From the NCBI GenBank assembly GCA_002254365.1, contig NIUT01000134.1:3252-67251 (forward strand): a stretch of 64,000 bases of DNA, given 5' to 3'. The notes under the pieces were generated by a model. It saw nothing but the letters and a program-made list of their open reading frames with translations. It was not told the origin of the DNA and ran no database searches. Origin of the DNA: Nitrospira sp. UW-LDO-01. Lineage in GTDB: Bacteria > Nitrospirota > Nitrospiria > Nitrospirales > Nitrospiraceae. Positions 11,899 through 21,547 of this stretch are shown here, piece by piece. The translations under genes were made by a program, and so were the position numbers. The first letter of the stretch is position 1. Every line of letters begins with the position of its first letter.

Positions 11899-13089
11899 AT
11901 GAAGGTCGTTGGGCTTATGTCGGGAACATCGGCTGATGGCGTCGATGCGGCACTGGTGTCCATTGTGCAGAAAGCCAGTCGCCTTGAAGTAGAGATGGTG
12001 GCGTTCTATTCGCTGCCCTATCCTCGCTCACTCCAACAGCGACTTCTCTCGGTCTCAGTATCGGGGACGGTCACAGATCTCTGTCATTTGAACGCGCTTC
12101 TGGGGGAATGGTTCGCCGATGCCGCGATGGGAGCGATTCGGGCGGCGCAGTTAACACCGGAAGAGGTTGATCTTATTGGATCACATGGTCAGACTGTCCA
12201 GCATCTGCCGAATGGGATTAAGGATACGCGGGTTGGCGCGATTCGGTCCACCCTCCAAATTGCCGAACCGGCGGTGATCGCTGAGAGGACCGGAATTACG
12301 ACGGTGGCAAATTTTCGCCCCCGTGACATTGCCGCTGGAGGACAAGGCGCGCCGCTGACGCCGGGGATCCATGCGTTGCTTTTTCAGCATCACCGTCGAG
12401 GGCGACTCATTGTCAACCTTGGAGGGATCAGCAATGTCACCTACTTGCCGCGCGGAGCCGGAGGGAAAGGCGTGATCGCATTTGACACGGGTCCGGCCAA
12501 TATGGTCCTCGATGGTCTGATGTTCCGGAGTACGAGTGGCCGTTTTACCATGGATCGCGATGGACGCCTCGCGGCAAAGGGGCGGGTCGATTCACGATTA
12601 TTGGCCAAACTGTTGGCCCACCCCTTTCTCTCTCAGGCGCCACCCAAATCGACCGGCCGAGAAATGTTTGGCGAAGCCATGCAGAGGGATTTACTTAGCT
12701 GGCCACAGGCGCGCAAACTATCACTCGAGGATCTATTGGCCACCTGTACCAGATGGACGGCAGAGGCCGTTGGTACGGCACGGCGTTGGGTCAAGGGTGG
12801 AATCGACGAAGTGATCGTCGGTGGCGGGGGAGTAAAAAACCGGGCGATTATGGAACATCTGAAAAGCGTGTTTGCTCCAATTCCGGTTACCACCTTTGAA
12901 GCGCACGGCTGGGATAGTAAGGCGCTGGAGTCTGTGGCGTTCGCGATTCTGGCCTATCAAACTATGATGGAGCAGTGTGGGAACGTTCCAGCGGTGACAG
13001 GAGCAACAGCTCCCAGGCTGTTGGGATGCATTGTTCCAAGTGGGCCAGGCTGGTATGAGCGATTACATCCAAGGCGACGGAGAAAGTAA
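11899..13089 (+). CDS. anmK: Anhydro-N-acetylmuramic acid kinase
   Basis: GLMSGTSADGVD, GSHGQT, GGQGAPL, FDTGPAN, PKSTGRE. Confidence 0.95.
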   Translation: MKVVGLMSGTSADGVDAALVSIVQKASRLEVEMVAFYSLPYPRSLQQRLLSVSVSGTVTDLCHLNALLGEWFADAAMGAIRAAQLTPEEVDLIGSHGQTVQHLPNGIKDTRVGAIRSTLQIAEPAVIAERTGITTVANFRPRDIAAGGQGAPLTPGIHALLFQHHRRGRLIVNLGGISNVTYLPRGAGGKGVIAFDTGPANMVLDGLMFRSTSGRFTMDRDGRLAAKGRVDSRLLAKLLAHPFLSQAPPKSTGREMFGEAMQRDLLSWPQARKLSLEDLLATCTRWTAEAVGTARRWVKGGIDEVIVGGGGVKNRAIMEHLKSVFAPIPVTTFEAHGWDSKALESVAFAILAYQTMMEQCGNVPAVTGATAPRLLGCIVPSGPGWYERLHPRRRRK

Positions 13090-13095
13090 ACAACA

Positions 13096-13605
13096 ATGAA
13101 GCTTCTACTGCTTGTAACGATCGTCACTCTGATCATCTTCAGCATCTGGTGGTATCGACGGCGATCGCGCCGAAGCAAGAAACACGTATCGCGCAGTGTC
13201 ATGCCTTCTGGCGTCACGCTCAGCCCCACACCGCTCTTGGCTGAAGACGAAGTGGCGCTCTATAACCTCCTGCGAATGGTGGTCCAAGAGCGCTATCTTG
13301 TCTTTGCGAAGGTACCGCTCGGCTCATTTCTCACGGTTGATGCGGGGGGGAAGGAACGGGTCCAAGTTCTCCGTCATCTTGCCCTTAAGCGGGTCGACTT
13401 TGCGTTGGTGCACCCAGGGTCACGCCAGGTTGAGCAGGTGGTGCAAATTGAGCCTCAATCTCCGGAACTCCATCAGGAGGAGTCACAACAAATCATCGAG
13501 TCCTTGCTTGATACGGCAGGGATCAAACTGAGAAAGCTTCAGGCCAAGAGGACGTACCCTCTCGCGCATCTTGCCACTCGACTAGAAATTACCGCAGACC
13601 AGTAA
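13096..13605 (+). CDS. Membrane-anchored DUF2726-like protein
   Basis: N-terminal TM, VFAKVPL, KRVDFALV pattern. Confidence 0.7.
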   Translation: MKLLLLVTIVTLIIFSIWWYRRRSRRSKKHVSRSVMPSGVTLSPTPLLAEDEVALYNLLRMVVQERYLVFAKVPLGSFLTVDAGGKERVQVLRHLALKRVDFALVHPGSRQVEQVVQIEPQSPELHQEESQQIIESLLDTAGIKLRKLQAKRTYPLAHLATRLEITADQ

Positions 13606-13747
13606 CACCTGGATGAATCGAGTAAGGCAACTCGGTGGGCGCTACCGTGATGGTGGGGAGGTATCTTCACCGGTACGTATTGCCTTGATCGCTATGCGGG
13701 TCACTCCTATTTCCGAAGCACCAAAGTTTTGATCCATCAGATTGGAA

Positions 13748-14242
13748 CTAAGGGGTCGAAGTGGAGGGCTCTTCGCTGGGGGACATCGCCTCGATCGCTT
13801 TGTGTGCAGCCTCTGCTTCGGGACTGTCTGGATATTGATCGATCACGCGATCAAACATCAGCCTGGCCTTATCCTGATCTTTCAGTTTGATGTAGGTCTG
13901 ACCAAGTTTTAGGGTTGAGGCGGCCAACTTTGGGCTGAGCGGATAATTGGAGACGACGTCATAAAATGACTGTAAGGCGTCTTGATACCGTCGCGTACGA
14001 AACTGGCATTCTCCAATCCAGTATTGTGCGTTGGCGGCCAATGCCGATTGACCGTGAAGCTCAATGAAGAGGCGAAAGCCAGCCATCGCCGCTTCGTAGT
14101 CGCGGTGTTTAAACTCCTCCATGATACGGTCATAGAGATGACGGGTTGTATCCTGACGCTGCGCAGGGGCGGCAAATGGCTGACCCGCAGAGAGAAGAAT
14201 AAAAAGCAGCAGAAGGATTCCAACACCCTGTCTTCCAACCAT
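13748..14242 (-). CDS. Exported TPR protein, YbgF/CpoB-like
   Basis: LAANAQYWIGEC, YPLSPK, LKLGQ, QYPDSPEA; signal peptide from ATG 14242. Confidence 0.8.
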   Translation of the reverse strand: MVGRQGVGILLLLFILLSAGQPFAAPAQRQDTTRHLYDRIMEEFKHRDYEAAMAGFRLFIELHGQSALAANAQYWIGECQFRTRRYQDALQSFYDVVSNYPLSPKLAASTLKLGQTYIKLKDQDKARLMFDRVIDQYPDSPEAEAAHKAIEAMSPSEEPSTSTP

Positions 14243-14284
14243 ATCAGGCCTCCATCGGTTCGACCGAAGTCGAGTGGGTTGTAA

Positions 14285-14300
14285 CGCAATCAGTGTGCCA
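14285..14300 (-). promoter_or_regulatory. Sigma-54 (-24/-12) promoter
   Basis: Minus strand TGGCACACTGATTGCG, exact GG-N10-GC spacing, 43 nt before ATG 14242. Confidence 0.7.
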
Positions 14301-14688
14301 AGTGCATGGAGAAGTGCGAGAGGAAAGCATTGGAATAACAGGGTCTTACGTGGGAGCCATACATGGGGGACCCCGGACCTTGCGGACAACGTGTTATGCA
14401 GGACACAGAATTGTACAAGAATGGTATGCATGCTCGAGTGACAACAATTCATTACGAGTGTAAGGGCTGGAGGGGATCATGCTCACTGCACGTGGCACCA
14501 TGCTGAACGGTCTCCTGTCTCCTCCTAATTCCGAATGGGTTGACCTGTATGTGATCCAATCAACAAGCCTCTCTCTTAAGAACCCGATTGATCTCAACTC
14601 TTCTCTCGCTTCCCTTGGCGACTCATGTCGCACCGTTTGAGCCATAACGAGCTTGAATGACCGGGAGCCAGGAAAAGACGGCAACCCC

Positions 14689-15612
14689 TCAATTCTGACG
14701 GGCTGAGGATGGTGAATCATTTGGGATATGAAACTCGAACGAGTTACCGCCTTGCTGTTTGGCACGGTACATCGCGGCATCCGCATGTGTTAATAATTCA
14801 TCGATATCATGGTCGTCGGTCGGATAGATGGTGATTCCGATACTGACACTGATCACGGCCTGGTGTTCTCCAAGTATGAACGGTTCCGAGAGAGAGTGTG
14901 TGATTCGTTGGGCTACCGATGAGATATCCTCCTCACACATCAACCCTTCGAGGATGATCGTAAACTCATCTCCTCCCATGCGTGCAACGGTGTCCACCTC
15001 TCGCACACATTCATAGAGTCGCTCGGCCACTACTTTCAACAGTTGATCACCGACGCGGTGGCCGAGTGTGTCGTTCACCGGCTTGAATCGATCGAGGTCA
15101 AGCAACATCAACCCAAGCGGCTGCTGGAGACGCTTGCTTCGTGCCATGGCTTGTACGAGCCGATCGCGGAACAGGCTGCGGTTTACGAGTCCGGTGAGCT
15201 GATCGTACTGGGCGAGGTAGGTGAGTCGTTCCTCCGCACGTTTCCGCTCAATCCCATAATGGATTGAACGGGCCAATAATTCCGACGGACCTTCTCCCTT
15301 CACGAGATAATCCTGAGCTCCATTTTGGACGGCTTGCAAAGCCAGCGCCTGATCACTGAGCCCGCTCAGTACAATGATCGCAATGGTCGGATTGGCTGCG
15401 TGAATCTGACGTACCGTTGAGAGCCCATACCCATCCGGGAGCGAAAGGTCCAAGAGTACCGCATCAAAACGAGCACGAGCGAGATAGCGGAAGGCCTCAC
15501 TCAGGCGCGTCACATGAGTGATATCGAATTCTTCCAGCTGCCACTCTGCAAGGATATCCTGCGTCAGACGAGCATCGACAGCATTGTCTTCAACTAAGAG
15601 AATCTTGATCAT
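14689..15612 (-). CDS. Response regulator-diguanylate cyclase (REC + GGDEF)
   Basis: LLVEDN...LLDLSLPDG receiver; intact GGDEF with RxxD I-site (REVD). Confidence 0.93.
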   Translation of the reverse strand: MIKILLVEDNAVDARLTQDILAEWQLEEFDITHVTRLSEAFRYLARARFDAVLLDLSLPDGYGLSTVRQIHAANPTIAIIVLSGLSDQALALQAVQNGAQDYLVKGEGPSELLARSIHYGIERKRAEERLTYLAQYDQLTGLVNRSLFRDRLVQAMARSKRLQQPLGLMLLDLDRFKPVNDTLGHRVGDQLLKVVAERLYECVREVDTVARMGGDEFTIILEGLMCEEDISSVAQRITHSLSEPFILGEHQAVISVSIGITIYPTDDHDIDELLTHADAAMYRAKQQGGNSFEFHIPNDSPSSARQN

Positions 15613-16256
15613 ATCCGGTCCGGTTAGCCCCGTCGCTCATCGAAGACACCCTCTTCTGTGGATATGTATCAAGTATAGCGTAAGGCTCTGATACAACAAG
15701 CAAATGGTTGAAGTGGTGACGGAGTACATCGTATTGCCTGCCTCAGACCGACAGGACTCTTCAAGTAGGAGATCCGCTTCGGGCGGGAGTCAGGAACGAG
15801 CGGGAGCTTCTAGGAATGAGCACTCGCCATGATGATCAGGAGGTCGGGCTGTCGCAATAGGAAGCTGGTCAATCAACAGCTGGTTAGAGTGTGGGAACTA
15901 ACGGGCCACAGATGACCGTGGAAATGGAAGAGAGATTGAGGTTAGGAGGTGCTTAGAGGAGGCAGAGGTGTGAATTAACTTGGGTAGCGGTGCTAGCCCG
16001 CATTATTCATGACAGTTCGTAACGAAACCGACAAAACGCCAGGCGAGACGGGCACGCGGAGCCCTGAGAGGCCGAGGCATACTTGAAACAGTATGTCGAG
16101 GTCACGAAGGGCGAGCCTGCTCGCTTGGCCGCTGACAGACCGCGGCCGGGCTTGTCGCAGCGGCGTATTGGCGGGTGCAGTAGAAGTGTTCATGAATCAT
16201 GCGGGCTAGGCACTGCGCATTGGAGAGAGATAGAGGCGCAGGGGGCAGTCGCGCGA

Positions 16257-16598
16257 TTATGATCCCTGAGAACTGCTAGGCATTGTTGCGGGGTATGCTC
16301 CGATCGGGGGTTGTTCAGGACCTAATGCCGCTTCACAGGCATACCCTGGCTGAAACGGCCAGAGGAGTGAACGACCGACGACATTTCCTCGTATGTGAAT
16401 ATATCGCAACGTTGTACCCATGCGAGCCGCTTCGTCCTTCACCTTTTCAGTACATTCCTGCGCGGAGTAGCCGCGGCGGGAAATCAGCAATGGAGATCCA
16501 GAACCGCTGAGCACAGAATATTCATTGATGCATCCGCTCAGGCCAAGAAGGAGACAGAGAAGACCAGCGAAGCGAATGACCCCTGTTCCTGGGGCCAT
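16257..16598 (-). CDS. Hypothetical lipoprotein
   Basis: MAPGTGVIRFAGLLCLLLGLSGC lipobox; start moved to ATG 16598. Confidence 0.65.
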   Translation of the reverse strand: MAPGTGVIRFAGLLCLLLGLSGCINEYSVLSGSGSPLLISRRGYSAQECTEKVKDEAARMGTTLRYIHIRGNVVGRSLLWPFQPGYACEAALGPEQPPIGAYPATMPSSSQGS

Positions 16599-16916
16599 CG
16601 TGCGATGAGATCCGCTGTCCCGTCGTGTCCTACAAGAGGTCAAATCAACAGTCATATTTAACCATACCACGAAAACAGGGTCCCAAGCGACCAGATAGGC
16701 CTGTCAATCTTTGATGCAGTGGAATTGCCCTGCTTGTGAATTATGAAGCTGAGAGCAGGCGTGATTTGGGGCATGATCAGTTTCTTCCCGAAATGTTACG
16801 AATACGTTTATGGGCAGCGACTGCTTCTCATAACGCTGAAAAGGATAGAGAAACTCAATCTGCATGCTTGTGGCAGGATGGGAAAAACGGGAGCAGCGAA
16901 ACAAAGGTGCAACGGG

Positions 16917-17114
16917 TTAGACCGGTTTCTCCGCGACGTACTCCATGTACTTCCAGAACAGCGTCGCTTCGTCTTCGTTCAGAACCACCGGAGTATTATT
17001 CGCAGTGCCAGTCATAAATACCTTGACGGAAACCGTATCGTGCCAGGCTTGAACTTCACAATGAGAAACCAGGTCCAGGTTGATGGCGCGATTTCCGATA
17101 CGGACAAAATGCAT
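16917..17114 (-). CDS. Small hypothetical protein (65 aa)
   Basis: GGAG RBS, protein-like composition (MHFVRIGNRAINLDLV...). Confidence 0.7.
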   Translation of the reverse strand: MHFVRIGNRAINLDLVSHCEVQAWHDTVSVKVFMTGTANNTPVVLNEDEATLFWKYMEYVAEKPV

Positions 17115-17310
17115 AGCTGATCTCCACTCATCTCAGGCGATTGGCTAATCATACACGAAGGTCGCTCTGCCTGGAAGCAGAGGAATACTCTCCTTCCCGA
17201 TGTTCAAGCAGATGCCTCATCATGGAAGAATGTGCCGATCCGTTCGGCAGGAAATGCCGACTGTTTTGTAAGGTTATGACGAGAATGCCTGATAAACGGT
17301 GGTTTCGCAC

Positions 17311-17326
17311 TGGCATGAAAGTTGAG
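17311..17326 (+). promoter_or_regulatory. Possible variant sigma-54 promoter
   Basis: TGGCATGAAAGTTGAG: -24 box good, -12 reads TTGA rather than TTGC; 52 nt before ATG 17379. Confidence 0.35.
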
Positions 17327-17378
17327 CTCAGTGGACGGGTTATATCCCTGTTCTGTGTCTGGATTGAGGTGCGGCGAG

Positions 17379-18596
17379 ATGGATGCGACAAATGGGTGGA
17401 ATGTGGCGAATGGCCTATGGGAATTCCTCACTCAGGATTTAGCAATCGTGGGCGGGTTGTCCAGTCCAATGCTGAGCTGGATCGGCATGGCGGGGATTCT
17501 TGCCATGTGCGTGTGGCATGGAGCCGTACTTCTTCATGGAGCCTTGCGGATTCGACAGGCGTTGTGTCGAGTTCAATCACAGGTGTCGAGCCTTCTCTTC
17601 ACACGCCGACAATGGTCAACGGACTGGATTGTCACATCGACGTTGGGTAGAACGAGGCCGCGTCCAGATGAGTCGCAGGAGTCACGACGCGATCTCGATG
17701 ATCTCCACGTGTTGGATCAAGCCATGCGCGTTGAACGAGCGTTTGCCGTAGATTGGCTGTCTTACCGAAAGACCTTCGCGATTGAACAGTCAGCCTGGTT
17801 TGCGGAGCCGACGGTATCTGCAAAGAAATCGGCTGCGGAATTCTTTTCGTTTGAAGCCTCCATGGCGGAATACCTCAACGTCGGGTTCTATCGGCAACTT
17901 CCGTCTTTTCTGACTGGTATGGGACTGATGTTCACGTTTCTGGCGATTCTGATCGGTCTGAGCAAGCTTCACGCAAACGGCTCGCAGGTTGAAGGAATCG
18001 CAGGTCTCATTAACGGGCTCTCCGGAAAGTTTGTCACATCCATTGCCGGTTTGGCCTGTTCGAATGCGTTTACCCTTCTGGAAAACTCTGTTTGGTATCG
18101 TCTGAGCAACCGACATCGGCGATGTCTCTCGTTGCTCGATGAAGTCTTTCCTCAAAGGATTGTCGATCAACATGCCCAGTCTTCAGCGGGGCAGACTAGG
18201 CCTGTGTCAACTATCGTCGGTCCCACTCGAAACGACGGTGACAAACAATTGGCTGAGGTCGTGCACCATCGACTCGGTACGGCAGTGGCTGCCTTAACAA
18301 AAGCGTCAGAGTCGCTCACAGCGATGAGTGCGACCCACCATGGTTCAACAGTGAACGATCTTCCAGGAGAGATTGGTCATGAGGTTCAAAAGGCATTGAA
18401 GCGGGTGGTTCAGCCGTTGGCGGATGCGATTCAGGACCTCCATCGAACCATGAAAGGACAGGCGCTTCCGGTCCAGCTCTCAAAATCAGAAATGGAAACC
18501 ATATTTCAGGAGCTAAAGACCCATGGAGGGGCTATACAAACTACTCTTTCCGTCAAGACAGGGAGTCCTGGGAACAGCACGCCTCATCACGAGTAA
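17379..18596 (+). CDS. MotA/TolQ/ExbB-family proton-channel protein, ZorA-like, with helical C-terminal tail
   Basis: N-terminal TM, large loop, then NVGFYRQLPSFLTGMGLMFTFLAILIGL...GLINGLSGKFVTSIAGL, followed by a ~170-aa helical tail; GAGGT RBS. Confidence 0.8.
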   Translation: MDATNGWNVANGLWEFLTQDLAIVGGLSSPMLSWIGMAGILAMCVWHGAVLLHGALRIRQALCRVQSQVSSLLFTRRQWSTDWIVTSTLGRTRPRPDESQESRRDLDDLHVLDQAMRVERAFAVDWLSYRKTFAIEQSAWFAEPTVSAKKSAAEFFSFEASMAEYLNVGFYRQLPSFLTGMGLMFTFLAILIGLSKLHANGSQVEGIAGLINGLSGKFVTSIAGLACSNAFTLLENSVWYRLSNRHRRCLSLLDEVFPQRIVDQHAQSSAGQTRPVSTIVGPTRNDGDKQLAEVVHHRLGTAVAALTKASESLTAMSATHHGSTVNDLPGEIGHEVQKALKRVVQPLADAIQDLHRTMKGQALPVQLSKSEMETIFQELKTHGGAIQTTLSVKTGSPGNSTPHHE

Positions 18597-18611
18597 CGCG
18601 AGAGTGGTCAG

Positions 18612-19253
18612 ATGAGACATCGCACATTGCCAATTGCACAGGACTCTTCCGTCTCATCTTCTGCTGTATCAAGTGGGGTGACCGATCTCATGACCTCGCT
18701 CGCCGTGATCTTCATCCTTCTGTTTGCCGCATATGTGAACCGGGTTCAGGAAAGCCCGGAAAGTCATGCGCAGGATCCTCCATCTCCAAGGGAAGAAGGA
18801 CAACAACTCAATCGCCCGCTCCTCAAGCATGAAGACCGCAAGCCAGAGGTTTTGGCGGTCAGTATACCGGATGTTGCGCTCAACTTTGACTTTGGGGAGA
18901 GCACGTTGCTCCCGCCTGCGGAGGCTTTTTTGTCGGAGGCGATGCCACACTATGCAGCCATGGTGTGTGCACAAGGAGGCAAAGAGGTGGAAGCCTTTGT
19001 GATAGAGGGATACACCGATGATCTTGGAGACGACATTCGCAATTTGCGATTGAGCCAGGAGCGCTCGTTCGCCGTGTTGGCCAAGAGCGTGGAGGTGGTC
19101 CGTGAGAAGCTTCCTTGGGCCTATGAATGCTTTTTACAAAAGGCGACAGCGAATGGTCGTGGGAGACAGAATCTTCTACGGGACGCTGCAGGAGATGCGG
19201 ATCGTGAGCGGAGCCGTCGGGTGATGTTTAAAATACATCTGCGCCCTCAGTAG
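18612..19253 (+). CDS. MotB/OmpA-family protein, ZorB-like
   Basis: TDLMTSLAVIFILLF TM with conserved Asp; peptidoglycan-binding domain LNFDFGES, IEGYTD, NLRLSQERS, NGRG, SRRV. Confidence 0.82.
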   Translation: MRHRTLPIAQDSSVSSSAVSSGVTDLMTSLAVIFILLFAAYVNRVQESPESHAQDPPSPREEGQQLNRPLLKHEDRKPEVLAVSIPDVALNFDFGESTLLPPAEAFLSEAMPHYAAMVCAQGGKEVEAFVIEGYTDDLGDDIRNLRLSQERSFAVLAKSVEVVREKLPWAYECFLQKATANGRGRQNLLRDAAGDADRERSRRVMFKIHLRPQ

Positions 19254-19366
19254 CTGATGGGAGAGATCAGATGTGACTCTTTAGGATCGTTCCGATTAGG
19301 TTTCTTACCCCAAAAGAATGCTTCCTTCCTTGGTACGTCATCACCTCAATGAGCCATGACCCCTGG

Positions 19367-20170
19367 TTATGTCAGTTCTTGCATGAGGTGGTCCAATTCA
19401 AGAAACTGCTCAAGCGTCAGAGTTTCAGCACGAAGCGAGGGCGAGAGATGGAGTCTCGTCAAGGCAGTTTCAACAGGTCTCGAATCATAGCCTTCGTTCT
19501 TGAGCGAGTTAACGAGTGTCTTGCGTCGGTGAGCGAAGGCAGCTCGCACGAGCGCAGTGAACCGTTGTTCTTCTTCAAGCCGTCGTGCTCTCGGCTCGCA
19601 GGCCCGCAGCAGAACCACAGAAGAGTCCACCTCTGGTCGAGGACGGAAACATTGTGGTGAGACTTTGAAAGCTTTTGAAATATGCGCGGAGTATTGAGCC
19701 ATGACAGATAGGACACCGTAATCGGACGTCCCAGGTTTTGCGATAAGACGGTCCGCGACTTCGTTTTGCAGCATCAAAACCATTCGGGCAAAACGTTTGC
19801 CCTGAGCAAGGAGTCGAAAGAGGAGCGGAGTAGAAATGTAATAGGGGAGATTGGCGACAACGATGGTTCCGATCGGTAAATATTCGATGGGACAAGTCAG
19901 GGCATCGCCCAGCACGAGAGTGACATTAGGAAGGCGTTCGGTTCGTTCGGAGAGGAATGTGTAAAGGCGAGGGTCAATTTCAACTGCCGTCACGTGACCG
20001 ACAGCTCGGCACAGGGCCTCCGTCAGGATGCCTCGGCCTGGGCCGATCTCCAAAACAGTATCAGCGGGTGAGAGCTCCGCGAGTGCGACGATCTTACGAA
20101 CGATGTTCGGATCGATCAGAAAATTTTGGCCCAGCCGTTTGATTGCCGCAGGGGGAGGTGATGAGTCCAC
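19367..20170 (-). CDS. rsmA: 16S rRNA m6(2)A1518/1519 dimethyltransferase
   Basis: KRLGQNFL, LEIGPGRG, VANLPYYIS, FRPRPEVDS; GTG start 20170. Confidence 0.96.
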   Translation of the reverse strand: MDSSPPPAAIKRLGQNFLIDPNIVRKIVALAELSPADTVLEIGPGRGILTEALCRAVGHVTAVEIDPRLYTFLSERTERLPNVTLVLGDALTCPIEYLPIGTIVVANLPYYISTPLLFRLLAQGKRFARMVLMLQNEVADRLIAKPGTSDYGVLSVMAQYSAHISKAFKVSPQCFRPRPEVDSSVVLLRACEPRARRLEEEQRFTALVRAAFAHRRKTLVNSLKNEGYDSRPVETALTRLHLSPSLRAETLTLEQFLELDHLMQELT

Positions 20171-20172
20171 CC

Positions 20173-20490
20173 TCAACTCCCGGGTGAAGAGGAACGAGAG
20201 AATGTGTCGGCGAGGCGGACCAGCGGTGTACGGTAACACTCCACGAGATCGGTAAATTCTTCGAGCAAATCGTTGGTGAAGGAGGGACCTGGCTGGGTCT
20301 GAGCGAACCTTTCCCCATCCTCACGGCTGACAGCGGTGGTAATGAGTGTGACGGTGCGTGATTTCCATTTGGCTATGCGCTCCGTTCCCGCAACAGTATT
20401 CAGGTCCTGACAGGTCTGTTGGGCAAGCGCATCCAGTTCCGCAATCTGTTGCCGAATGGCGGCCAGCTGCTTGGAGCTATCAAGCGGCAT
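20173..20490 (-). CDS. Hypothetical protein
   Basis: 105-aa ORF tightly coupled between pdxA and rsmA. Confidence 0.75.
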   Translation of the reverse strand: MPLDSSKQLAAIRQQIAELDALAQQTCQDLNTVAGTERIAKWKSRTVTLITTAVSREDGERFAQTQPGPSFTNDLLEEFTDLVECYRTPLVRLADTFSRSSSPGS

Positions 20491-21547
20491 GGTTGGGACG
20501 TCCCTTCTTGATACCTCGCTGAGCGATCCGTGCGGCCAAGGTGACTGCTTCGATTAGACTTCCTGGGTCGGCAATCCCTTTACCCACAATGTCAAAGGCC
20601 GTTCCATGATCGACGGAGGTGCGAATGATGGGCAAGCCAACGGTCAGATTCACGCATGTGCCGAACGCCACCAGCTTCAGTGGAATCAAGCCTTGGTCAT
20701 GGTACAAGGCAACAATTCCGTCATAGTGTCCCTTTGCCGCCTTCCCAAACAGTGTGTCGGCGGGCAATGGATCACTGGCAAGAATGCCCCGTGCCTGGGC
20801 GGCCCGAGCTGCCGGAAGAATGACGCGAGCTTCCTCATTTCCAAACAGGCCATGTTCGCCTGCGTGCGGATTGAGTGCGGCCACTCCGATCTTCGGTCGT
20901 TTGATTCCGAATAAAGTGGTAAGTGCCATGTGGGCCAACCGGATCGCTTTTCCAATCTTTGCTTGAGTGAGCAGCATTGGAAGGTCTTTGATGGCGACAT
21001 GTGTCGTGACAAACATGATCCGTAATGGGCCGCCCACAATCATCATGCCGGATTCTTTCGCATGGGTCAGGTCAGCCAACAATTCTGTGTGTCCGGGGTA
21101 TCGACAGCCGGCCATGTTGATGGCTTCTTTATTAATCGGAGCCGTCACGATCCCATCGAGACAACCCAATTGGGCGAGTTCAACGGCTTTCTCAATGAAG
21201 GTGACCGATGCCGCGCCTGTTTCTGCTGCTGCGAGGCCTGGTGCAAATCGGCCCAATGGGGTACTCAGCGGATCCAGTACGGCCACAGTTCCCGGGCGTG
21301 GTACTGCCGTGTCATGGCCATCAACGGGGAGTACAGTCAGCTTGAGTCGCAGAGCCTTGATGGTATGAGCCATGATGGGAAGCGCTCCAATCACCAGCGG
21401 TCGGCAAATCTTGTGCAGCCGTCCTCCGGACAGAGCTTTAGCGATCACTTCCGGGCCGATCCCCGCCGGGTCTCCCATCGTGATCCCGAGCAACGGAAGC
21501 AACGATGATGCGGAGGATTTTCGGGTTGGGCGGGTTTTAGCTGGCAT
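20480..21547 (-). CDS. pdxA: 4-hydroxythreonine-4-phosphate dehydrogenase
   Basis: ITMGDPAGIGPE, TAPINKEA, LNPHAGE, YHDQGL, RTSVDHGTAFDI. Confidence 0.96.
   Translation of the reverse strand: MPAKTRPTRKSSASSLLPLLGITMGDPAGIGPEVIAKALSGGRLHKICRPLVIGALPIMAHTIKALRLKLTVLPVDGHDTAVPRPGTVAVLDPLSTPLGRFAPGLAAAETGAASVTFIEKAVELAQLGCLDGIVTAPINKEAINMAGCRYPGHTELLADLTHAKESGMMIVGGPLRIMFVTTHVAIKDLPMLLTQAKIGKAIRLAHMALTTLFGIKRPKIGVAALNPHAGEHGLFGNEEARVILPAARAAQARGILASDPLPADTLFGKAAKGHYDGIVALYHDQGLIPLKLVAFGTCVNLTVGLPIIRTSVDHGTAFDIVGKGIADPGSLIEAVTLAARIAQRGIKKGRPNHAA

Noticed and set aside
13624-13686. Nested stem (AAGGCAA/TTGCCTT, TACCGTGA/TCACCGGTA) as a possible ncRNA
   Set aside because: Lies between convergent genes, matches no family I recognise, and is adequately explained as a terminator-like structure
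15993-16193. 66-aa minus-strand ORF
   Set aside because: No RBS and an Arg/Pro/Ser-rich composition; cannot be supported as a gene
17379-19253. Calling the pair flagellar motAB or a complete Zorya system
   Set aside because: Domain layout differs from MotA, no flagellar genes are nearby, and no zorC/D/E/F/G is adjacent
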